Program-made: the position numbers and the translations under genes
NCBI RefSeq assembly: GCF_006345805.1
Contig: NC_043008.1
Location: 77,872,001 to 77,936,000 of the forward strand
Direction of reading: 5' to 3'
Length of the DNA: 64,000 nucleotides
DNA from: Octopus sinensis
Taxonomy: Eukaryota
The notes under the pieces: generated by a model
Told to the model about the DNA's origin: nothing
Databases searched by the model: none
Seen by the model: the letters and a program-made list of their open reading frames with translations, nothing else
Part shown: piece after piece, positions 13,829 to 25,029 of the stretch
How positions within the stretch are numbered: position 1 is the first letter of the stretch
How the letters are laid out: each line of letters opens with the position of its first letter

Positions 13829-16206
13829 TAGTTTTATTTTTATAGCGTGCTTTCACTTCACTACCGAGCGCAGCTCTGTTTTTTAGGTATGTGCTGTGAT
13901 TTGTTGTGATGCTCTAATGGTTATTGTATGGAAAGTGTTCTGCGTAGGATGTGTGCAGTGCCTAGTGATGCAATGTTCTGTATGTTATATGTGTTTGTAA
14001 GTCCTGGTGTTTTTGTTATGTATTTGTCTGAATATTTTTTTATCAAGCCTAATGCGCCTACTATGATAGGAATTGTTTCTGTTTTTAGATTCCACATTCT
14101 AGTTACCTCTATTTCCAGGTCTTGCATTTTGAAAGTCTCTCCATTTCTTTTAGAGAAACGTTGTCATCTGCCGGAATTGATACATCAATTAGAAAGCATT
14201 TTTCTTCTTCATGATCTCTAACAACTATATCTGGTCTGTTGGCCTTAATTTCTCTATTTGTGTGTATCGGCATATCCCAGAGTATGGTTGCTTTCTCGTT
14301 TTCTGTGACCTTTTCTGGTGTGTGCCTATTCCATCTTTTTTCTGTTGTTATTCCATAATGTTGGCGTAGCTTCCAGTGTATGTAGGTTCCAACTCTGTCA
14401 TGTCTGTGAATATATTCCTTCTTAGCCAGGACTGGGCTGCCAGAGATAATATGTTTTATTGTTTCTTGTCCATCTCCACATATTCTGCAGTTACTTGTAA
14501 TATTTCTTTTCATTACATGTTTTTGGTAATTTCTGGTGGGGAGGCTTTGGTCTTGTGCTGCAATTAAAAATCCCTCTGTCTCTGCTTTGAGTCCTGAGCT
14601 TCTCAACCATTGCTGGGATTTTTCTTTGTCTATTTCTTTTGCGTTTAGTTTAGTCCAGTATTTACCATGAAGGGGCTTTTCTTGCCATCGCTTTATCATG
14701 GTTCTTTGCTGTTCTATTTTTAGTTTGGATTTCATTTGTTTTATAGCTTTTGTTGTTTCTTCTTCTTCTTCTTCTTCTTCTTCTTCTTCTTCTTCTTCTT
14801 CTTCTTCTTCTTCTTCTTCTTCTTCTTCTTCTTCTTCTTCTTCTTCTTCTTCTTCTTTTTCTTCTTCTACTTCGTCTTCTTCTTCATATTTGTTAGGTGG
14901 TATGATTTCTTGTTTGTATTTGTCAGCTTCCTTAAATACTAAGAACAGTTTTTTGTTTTGCTCGTGTTTTGCCGCTATGTGTATCAGTTTTCCTTCCTTC
15001 TGAAGAAGATATTTTTGCAGTCCTATGGTGGTTATTTTATAGTAGTTTTCCAGCTGTATAAGGCCTCTACCACCTTCTATACGCTGTATATATAGTCTTT
15101 CTATGTCAGATTTTGGGTGATGCATCCTAGATCCTATCATAATTTTTCTTTTTTTCCTATCTATTTTGGTCAGTTCATTTAGTGTCCAGTTAAGGATATT
15201 GTAGCTGTAACTTATAACTGGGACAGCTAAAGTGTTAATACCTATTATCTTGTTTTTAGCATTGAGCTCCGTTTTTAGTATTGATCTAACTCGTCTATAA
15301 TATTCGTTTTTTATTTTCTCTTTCATTTGTGTGTGTTGTGTCATATCTAATTCATGGATTCCTAAGTATTTGTAAGTTTGGCTTTGGTCTAATTCTTTTA
15401 TTTCATTGGTTTTATCTAGTGTGATGTTGCTACTCTTAACTAGTTTTCCTCTTTTCAGGGTTACTTTGGCGCATTTTTCTAATCCAAATTTCATATCTAT
15501 TTCTTTGGTAAATCCATGAACTGTCTTTAATAGTGTTTCCAGCTGTTTGTCATTTGCAGCGTATAGTTTTAGGTCATCCATATATAAAAGGTGGCTGATC
15601 GTTTTGCAGTAACATTTATATCCGCATCCATTTCTATTTAGCATATCAGATAGAGGTGATAGTGCCAAGTAGAAAAGGAGTGGAGAGAGCGTGTCTCCCT
15701 GGAATATTCCTCTTCTAATGGGGATGGCTTTGGTTTTCATGAGTCCCTCTTTTATTTGGAGCTGTAGCACTGTTTGCCATTTATTCATAGAGTGCCCTAT
15801 GAATTTTATAATTGTTGGTGCTACTTTGTTAATGGCTAGTGTTTCGAGGATCCATGTGTGGAGGACGCTATCAAACGCCTTTTTTGTAGTCGATCCAGGC
15901 CATACTGAGGCCTTTCTTCTTTCTGTGGCTGTCTTCAGTTATGGCTTTATTAATCATTAGTTGATCATTACAGCCATATGAGCCGTTGAGGCATTCTTTC
16001 TGCTCTTCTGGAAACAGGTTGTTTTCGTCCAGGTGCTTGTTCAACCTTTGCGATATCACTGCAGTAAATGCCTTATACATTGTAGGGAGACAGGTTATTG
16101 GTCTGTAGTTTTCTGGTTTTTCTGTTTCATTTGATTTGGGAATTAAGATGGTTTTCCCCTTCGTGAGCCATTCAGGCATTGTCTCTGGCTCTGCTAGTAT
16201 GTTTAG
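13826..16206 (-). mobile_element. 5'-truncated R4/Dong-clade LINE, subfamily B, with a nearly intact RT-RLE
   Basis: 559-aa ORF 14109-15788 with RGIFQGDTLSPLLF, SHLLYMDDLKL, YKYLG, the CRICG..ETIKHI..RHD zinc motif and the RPDIVV..LIDVSIP RLE; upstream frame has NYRPITCLPTMYK. Confidence 0.95.
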
Positions 16207-16232
16207 TATTATTATTATTATTATTATTATTA

Positions 16233-16283
<51 letters not shown>

Positions 16284-16299
16284 TAATATTATTATTATT

Positions 16300-16825
16300 G
16301 AGTGAGAGAGCAGTGCATGCCATCAAAGTGACACTGGGGTAAAATATACGAAGCCCAATATACCCATCATGACTACCCGTCTGATAAAGGTACACCAGGC
16401 ACATGCATCACAACCATATGTGCGCGACATGGTGATCTCATATCAAGATAAACAGCACATGACCTTGCAGGTGGGGCCCAGTTAGAATTTTCTTCAGGTT
16501 GAGTAGCCCATCCCGCTCAAAAGGTCCCTGAATAAGGGTTGTTTAAGGATGTTGAAAGAACCAACCATGTTTCCAGAGGTGAATTATTCAAACCCCAAAG
16601 AATCCCTCTCAACACATGGCTATGATGCTCCCCACTACTTCTGCTCGTGATCAGAGATGCACATATCGTCAGCCACTAAGGGACATGCTCAACTGGTTAT
16701 GGTCAAACAACTGACAAGCAAATCTGTGGTATTGAGCAGAATATTTGCTGTAGCCCATCTTTTATACCAAGGCAAAACAATGTACATGATAACACTTCCA
16801 ATCAGTTAAGATCAGAAGCCATGAG
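16300..16825 (-). mobile_element. Element E, copy 5 (lacks about 30 bp of the 5' end)
   Basis: Homologous to the other copies. Confidence 0.9.
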
Positions 16826-16841
16826 ATATTATTATTATTAC

Positions 16842-16922
<81 letters not shown>

Positions 16923-16938
16923 TATTATTATTATTGTT

Positions 16939-18607
16939 CAGTAGTTTTATTTCTATAGCGTGCTTTCACTTCACTACCGAGCGCAGCTCTGTTTGCCTTG
17001 GGTATTTGCTGTGATTTGTTTTGATGCTCTGTTGGTTACTGTATTGAAAGTGCTTTGCGTAGGATGTGTGCAGTGCCTAGTAGTGCAATTTTCTGTATGT
17101 TATATATATTTGTATGTCCTGGTGTTTTTGTTATCTATTTGTCTGAATATTTGTTTATCATACCTAATGCGCCTACTACGATAGGAATTGTTTCTGTTTT
17201 TAGATTCCACATTTGAGTTACCTCTATTTCCAGGTCTTTGTATTTTGAAGGCTTTTCCATTTCTTTTAGAGAAACGTTGTCGTCTGCTGGTATTGATACA
17301 TCAATTAGAAAGCATTTTTCTTCTTCATGATCTCTGACAACTATATCTGGCATATTGGTCTTAATATCTCTGTCTGTGTGTATTGGTATATACCAGGGTA
17401 TGGTTGCTTTCTCGTTTTCTGTGACCTTTTCTGGTGTGTGCCTATTCCATCTTTTTTCTGTTGTTATTCCATAATGTTGGTATAGCTTCCAGTGTATGTA
17501 GGTCCCAACTCTGTCATGTCTTTGAGTATATTCCTTCTTAGCCAGGACTGGGCAGCCAGAGATAATATAATTTATTGTTTCTTGTCTATCTCCACATATT
17601 CTGCAGTTACTTGTTATGTTTCTTTTCATTATATGTTTTTGGTAATTCCTGGTGGGGAGGCTTTGGTCTTGTGCTGCAATTAAAAATCCCTCTGTCTCTG
17701 CTTTGAGTCCTGAGCTTCTCAACCATTGCTGGAATTTTTCTTTGTCTAATTCTTTTGCATTTAGTTTAGTCCAGTATTTGCCATGAAGGGGCTTTTCTTG
17801 CCATCGCTTTATCATGTTCCGTTGCTGTTCTATTTTTAGTTCGGATTTCATTTGTTTTATAGCTTTTGTTGTTTCTTCTTCTTCTTCTTCTTCTTCTTCT
17901 TCTTCTTCTTCTTCTTCTTCTTCTTCTTCTTCTTCTTCTTCTTCTTCTTCTTCTTCTTCTTCTTCTTCTTCTTCTTCTTCTTCTTCTTCTTCCTTAAATA
18001 CTGAGAACAGTTATTTTGTTTTGCTCGTGTTTTGCCGCTGTTTGTATCAGTTTTCCATGCTTCAGAAGTCGACATTTTTGCAGTCCTCTGGTGGATATTT
18101 TATAATAGTTTTCCAGCTGTATAAGGCCTCTACCACCTTCTATACGTTGTATATATAGCCTTTCTATGGCAGATTTTGGGTGATGCATCTTAGATTCTGT
18201 CATTATTTTTCATGTTTTCCTGTCTACTTTGTTTAGTTCATTTAATGTCCAGTTAAGGATATTGTAGCTGTAACTTATAACCGGGACGGCCAAAGCGTTA
18301 ATATCTATTATCTTGTTTTTAGCATTGAGCTCTCTTTATTTTCTCTTTCATTTGTGTGTTGTATCATATCTAGTTCATGGATTCATATATATTTGTATGT
18401 TTGGATTTGGTCTAATTCTCTTATTTCATTTGCTTTATCTAGTGTGATGTTGCTACTCTTAACTAGTTTTCCTCTTTTCAGGGTTACGTTGGCACATTTT
18501 TTAAATCCAAATTCCATATATATTTCTTTGGTAAATCTATGCACTGTCTGTAGTAGTGTTCCCAGCTGTTTGTCATTTGTAGCGTATAGTTTTAAGTCAT
18601 CCTTATA
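16939..18607 (-). mobile_element. 5'-truncated R4/Dong-clade LINE, subfamily B, second copy
   Basis: ORF 17135-17851 is highly similar to copy 1; same 3' UTR ending aaaactactgaa; truncated at the YxDDLK motif. Confidence 0.95.
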
Positions 18608-18657
18608 TTATTATTATATATTATTATTATTATTAATATACATAGTTGTTGTTGTTG

Positions 18658-18731
<74 letters not shown>

Positions 18732-18733
<2 letters not shown>

Positions 18734-19268
18734 GTGAGAGAGCAGTGCATGCCAACAAAGTGGCACTGGGGTAAAATATACGAAGCCCAGTATACCCATC
18801 ATCACTACCCGTCTGATAAGGGTACACTAGGCACATGTATCACAACCATATGTGCGCGACATGGTGATCTCATATCAAGATAAACAGCACATGACCTTAC
18901 AGGTGGAGCCCAGTTAGAATTTTCTTCTAGTCGAGTAACCTATCCCGCTCAAAAGGTCCCTGAATAAGGGTTGTTTAAGGATGTTGAACGAAACACCCAT
19001 GTCTCCAAATGTGAATTATTCAGACCCCAAAGAATCCCTCTCAACACATGGCTATGATGATCACCCGCTACTTCTGCTCGGGATCAGAGATGCACATATC
19101 ATCAGCTACTAAGTGACATGCTCAACTGGCTAAGGTCAAACAACTGACAAGCAAATCTGTGGTATTGAGCAGAATATACCAAGACAAAACAATGTATATG
19201 ATAACACTTCCAGTCAGTTAAGATGCGAAGCCATGAGTGTCACTGTCTGGTACAGCATCAGGGTATTT
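18732..19268 (-). mobile_element. Element E, copy 6
   Basis: Homologous to the other copies, with the full 5' end aaataccctgatgctgtaccag. Confidence 0.9.
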
Positions 19269-19308
19269 ATTATTATTATTATCATTATTATTATTATTAT
19301 TATTATTA

Positions 19309-19359
<51 letters not shown>

Positions 19360-19363
19360 CATT

Positions 19364-19430
<67 letters not shown>

Positions 19431-19469
19431 TTGTTGTTGTTGTTGTTATTCTTGTTGTTGTTGTTGTTG

Positions 19470-19500
<31 letters not shown>

Positions 19501-19559
19501 CATTATTATCATTATCGTCATCATCATTATTATTACTATTATTATTATTGTTATCATTA

Positions 19560-22500
19560 TTATGGACCGATATTCACTCTGAACTAGGCCCTTAGCTGGA
19601 TCCGGCCCACACGTGATAACAGTTGTTCAACATAACTCCACAAGTCAGTAATGTAAGGACATTGGACGAGTGTATGCAGAACAGTTTCGTCGCTCTAAGC
19701 GAATCTCGAGCAGGTCCGCCTGACAGTACTTCCGTACCTATAGAGTTTATCTCGAACCAGCGTGCCCCCGGGTAGCACTGCCAAGCTAGGAATATCTGGA
19801 CGTTATCCATTGTTTCCTGGACAGACTGGTTAGTTCAACTTCGGCAACGCCTAGTGTATCTCCAAGCGTATCATCACTCTCTCCCTCCACTAGCCCTCAG
19901 TGAATGTTCCATTGATCGCATTGCTCTCCCGGCAGAGGCAGTGAGTGTCTCGCAACATTTCAGATGCCAGTCACCCTGCCTCGGTCACTTCTTGACCCAG
20001 GACTACAGCTCAGTCAAGGAGACGAGCTGGGAAAAGGATTGTTTGACAAACGGCGACCACACCTGTTCACTGTTTTGGCAGAATAGCTGTAAATGATGCA
20101 GCTTTAGTGCATGTCTGCGCATCGCTTATCACGACATACCCAGTCCTCCGCATAGAGGGTGTTGGCAGCAGATGGACCAGCTCATCAATGGAACCTGTCC
20201 CGTCCACAAGAATTTGAAGAGGAAACGCTCCAATTGGGCGAGGCGCGATCGGGGGCAAAGTATGACGATCAAGTGGTAGTAGATTACGGACGCGGTGTAC
20301 GCATTGACCACCTCGGCTCGAACTTTCACAGTGATAGCTTCCTCTCAGCCCATTTCTGGGTGAGACTGGCTACCCTCCTCGTCACCTCATTCCAGTTCTT
20401 ATCCACCTGGAAGTCTGGTCCGAATCAAACCCCAAGCAACTTTACTGGTCCCTCTGTCCAGAGTCCAACTATGCTGTTAGAGGGCATGGCCTGGCTTCTC
20501 CAGGTGCCGAGTTGCAAGCCCACCGACTTCCGGGTTAAGTTTTGCTCCCGTCAACTTTTCACATTCACATTCATTGACACTTCAGAAATCGAGGTGCCGA
20601 CCACCTTGATTTCGGGGTTGTCCAACACCATCACGTTGATGGCGTCTTCATACGCCGACACAGCTCTCCTGCGCCCCGGATCGAATAGGATGTCCTGCAG
20701 CAGCTCCAGCTTCCGTAGTAACGGTTCAAGTACAGAAGGGAGTGAGGGCACACTTGACGGACTGATCGGGAGATCTGAAACGGTTCCGAGAGGTGGCCAT
20801 TAACTTTGACCACCTCGCTGAGGCGCTGTGCATTGCAGCGATTCAACCTCTCAAAACGGGTCCGAAACCAGCCGCTTTGAGGACGGCCTCTAAATATCGA
20901 TCGTCGACCCTATCGAATACTTTCGATTGATCTAAATTGATCAGCACCCCACCGAAGCCAAGTTTACACCCTATTCTTTCTATGAGATGGAGGTTGTCGC
21001 ATATGAGCCTAGTCGAGATTGCGCAGAATTGCACCTCCCCAACTAAATCCTCGACGACAAGCGCCAATCTCTTTGATAATACCTTGGCCAAAATCTAATC
21101 TCTCTTTTGAGAGCCGTCCACCACCTGTTGTTGATGACACCCACTTGTCAACTTCTGCTTAACTAAATTGCTGACCCGGTCCCTGTACGTCTTACGTGCC
21201 GGAAACGATATGTTCAGCTTCCAGTACTCTGGTCCTAACGTAGGTGTATTATCTTGGTCGACCGTACAAACTTAAGGTCTGAATAGGCAACAATTTAAAA
21301 AAGTGGATGTCCAACACTATTACTTTCTATTTTCCTATCGAAAATCCTATTTGTATACGATCTAGATGACTCAAAGCGGTTGGTACAGGTCCACACTGAG
21401 GCATTAGGGAAATTTCGTCGGTACCCGTCAGACAATTGGAACTGGCTGATCAAGTGTTTGAGGCAAAAACATCTCACTCTTCTATCAGCCACTCTCACAC
21501 AATCCCATCGTTAATCTAAGATTCCATTCCAGTCCCCTACTAACAGTCAAGGCTTCCAGACGCCTAAAGAAATTCGGTCGTTTCACTATTGCTCACATCC
21601 AGGACCACCAACTTCCCATTCGGGTCCTGGAATATCGACTTTACCTCGAGATCCAGTTTTTTCTAAAAAACCGCATAGCCACTCCACCTACCATTCCCGA
21701 CCGACTAACAGATGCAAAGATTTGGTAGTCCTCAACATGGGGCCAGTGCGCGTGTATTGGAAATCCTGGTCTCACTGACACCAATTACATCGAATTCAAG
21801 AGACCTGAGGTCGTTGAGCATATGCTCCTTCCTCCAGAGCGACCCCAAGCCTTGAACATTTAAAAATTCTTCTCTTAGTATGGATATGTTGGCAAGCTAA
21901 AGGGAGAAGGGAAACGTTTACTTACCTCCTGGTGTCTCGTGAATGTCGGGTGGTTCGACTTCCATAATTGGTGGGGTCTTTTGGGGGGAACCCCTTTAAG
22001 AGCCTTGATGTGGGTCTCACGTTCGTGGATCCCATGTCCTCCGGAAAGTCCACTCGAATTCTTTTGTAGGAATCGAGCGACATTCGCACCAGAAGTAAAT
22101 CTTCTGGTAAGCGAAATGTGTTCGATTCGAACATCACCCACTCCGTTTCAAATTCCGTGTTTTGTGTAACGAGGGCCATCGGCTCCTCGTTGACCCTTCT
22201 GATGAATACGAAGTTGGGTGTTTTGGGTTGGTGTTGTTTAATTTGCTTGCTTGACTGTATTTGTGATGGTCTTGTTGTTTCTGATGTGTCTGTGTGTGTG
22301 CTGTGAGTGTGGTGTCTGTAGTTTTAGATGTTTGTGTGAGTGCTTGATCTTGTTTAGGTTGTTTGAGTTTGGTGGATTCTGGTGATAGTGATGGTGCTGG
22401 TTGTGTTAGTGTTGGTGTTGGTGTTTTAGGGAGATGTTTGCGTGGGTGGTGTCTGTATTGTTGGTGTTGTTATGCTTTGTGATTTCCGTTTCATTTTTCT

Positions 22501-24050
22501 TTTGGACCTTTTGGTTTTTCTACCAGAAGATGAAGGGTCTGTTGCTGTGTGTCTGTGTATGTGCGTATGCTTATAATCTGGTTTATGTGTGTATTTTTGT
22601 TTGGTGTGAGGGCTGGGATAACTTTCCTTCTTTCCCCTAGGGTGGTTAATGTCATTGGTGTTGTTGCTGGTGGTTTTGCCGGTGCTGGTGTTGTTTGTAG
22701 TCCTCGTAACGGCGTAGGAAGCAATGGAGGACTTTGACCTCTTGCACTTTGTACCAGTTGGGGGCAGCAAGTTCGCAAATGAGTCGTTTCTCCACATGCG
22801 AAACAACGAGGCCTTTTACCCTCAATCATAATATGTATCACCGTCCCGTTCTGGAACGGATGTGATCCGGGATTTTTTTTTTATATTTTCGGGTTTGATC
22901 TGGAGAAGTATCACCAGGACAACAGCAATTATTGCTGCCTCTATCGGGACAGTATCCGTCCGCTCCACAATTACGCATTCCAGAAGCCACTAAATATCTA
23001 GTCCTGGTGGGATTCTAGGAATGTGGACACGGGCTGTACGTTTTCCCATGTGGGAGGGGTACATAATGACTTTGCTGGTTTTGCAAAGAGGTCATTGAAT
23101 GCTTCATAGCGAGGGATTCTGACTTTAACAGCACGGAAATGGTGCTGTATTGTTTGCCTCTCACTATGTATTCGATGTCATTTCTGATGCACCTGAGCGC
23201 CGCCTCAATATCTACTTGGGGTATTAAAACCACTCTTTTCGTGTCTTCTGAGATGCATCTGAAAAGCACCGTTCTTCTCTCCAGTGCTTCAATTGCCTCT
23301 GATGGGATAGTCAGGTTGGCCCAAGTTTACTCTTGTTTTATTCATTTCCATGCCTGTGGGAGCATCTGCACCCTATTTGTGAGGTCTACGGTAAGGCGTT
23401 GCTTGTTCTTCGCTGCTACTGCTGCGAACATGTTTTTGTTATTGGTATTGTTCTCATTGTTGTCTTTGTTGCTGTTACTATTGCTGTTGCTACCGTCGTT
23501 GTTGTTGTCGTTGTTCTTATTGATGTTATTGGTATTAGTTTTGTTGTTGCTTTTGTCAATTTTGCTCTTGATGTTGTTGTTGGTGTTGCTGTTTTCGCTA
23601 CAGCTGCTGCAGTTGCTGTGTTTTTCATGGTTGTTATTGCTATCACTACTACTACTGCTGCGGCTGCTGTCACCATTGCGGCTGCTGCTGTTATCATTTC
23701 TATCGCTGTTAGTGTTTCTGTTACTATTGTTGTTATTCGTAGTTGGACTTTGTGTCATGAGAGTCTTTGGTTCCTTCTCCTCCCCTTCCCCTGTATTGTT
23801 GCCCGTAACGAAGGGATGGAGAGGGAAGTCTTCATCCTTTATAATATTGGTAGGAGGGATTGTTCTGGTTTTCAAACATTTCAAGATGCGCTCCGCCATC
23901 TTGTTGAGGTGTATTTGATTCAGTTAAATTTAACGCCCGCCGAAATTATTTGGTGAGCCTAAAATCGCCCCTCTGGCTGGTAAACAACCATACAAAACCA
24001 GTAACAGGTTCCTGGTGTTTCTATTCACAACTTAGAATAAAATAATTACA
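19560..24050 (-). mobile_element. Degenerate, internally deleted, near full-span Tx1/L1-clade LINE
   Basis: ORF1 pieces (23342-23899, 23015-23269, knuckle CFACGETTHLRTCC); APE motif LNDLRSLEFDVIGVSETR (about 21775-21830); RT LINLDQSKVFDRVD, SRSVRQVCP, AYEDAI; C-terminal CCQHPLCGGLGM. Confidence 0.85.
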
Positions 24051-24154
24051 GCAAAAAGACACTAATCCTGATATAAATAAATATTTTTAACTGGATTTAC
24101 TTGGAGCATTCGAAAACACGTCCAATGTGTTTCGCAGCAATTAATAATAATAAT

Positions 24155-24191
<37 letters not shown>

Positions 24192-24210
24192 GTAATAATA
24201 ATAATAATAA

Positions 24211-24256
<46 letters not shown>

Positions 24257-24309
24257 TTAATAATAATAATAATAATAATAATGAGGAGGAGGAGGAGGAG
24301 GAGGATTTA

Positions 24310-24900
24310 ATTTATTTGCCACAAAGGTGAGGGGTGAGGGGGACAATAGAAAGTCAGACATAAAGTGTGGGGTTTTACATATAATGAAATGATAAAACGA
24401 TAAAATAAAAATGAAAGCAAGTATACATGTTATACACTGAAAAAGAAAGGACATATGCATAGATTTACAAAAAGTGGAAGGGAGGATGTGGCCCTTCTGA
24501 TATAGGAAGGCTTCCCTGTCCGAGCCTTCCCTGAAACCCAAGGAGCAAGTGCCCTCTCTAATTCCTTCTATCCAACTCACAGGTCTACACGTAGAGAACT
24601 ACTATGCACTCTTGCCATTTTCACAACTTTCACCCACTTTTCAATAAACTCACTCCAGGACAGCAGTTCCCTCTTCAACTCTCAATTTCCTTTTCAAGTG
24701 AAACATAAAGTCAAAGAGATATCTACCAAAGAGGAATGTATCTATCTTCATGACTTTTAGACGTGTCCACCAAACAACATCTTTCATCACTGCCACTAGG
24801 CAAAGGAAAACTGATTTGCCTGACCGATTGAAGGAGGGCAGCAGTACGATCATCACTACAGACTCGACCGACAGACGGATCCGTCCCACACGCGACTCCA
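24310..24900 (-). mobile_element. Tx1-like LINE 3' fragment
   Basis: VFLCLVAVMKDVVWWTRLK..FHLKRKLRVE, homologous to 3624-3890 and 61479-61682. Confidence 0.8.
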
Positions 24901-25029
24901 AAAGTTAAACCAGGATTACAGGAATCCTAAATCCTAGGATGGAGATCATCTAAGTGATGGTGTCACGGAAAAAAATACTGGTGGCTGTGCATCCTAAAAT
25001 TCACTAACCCTCATCATGAGTACTAAAAT

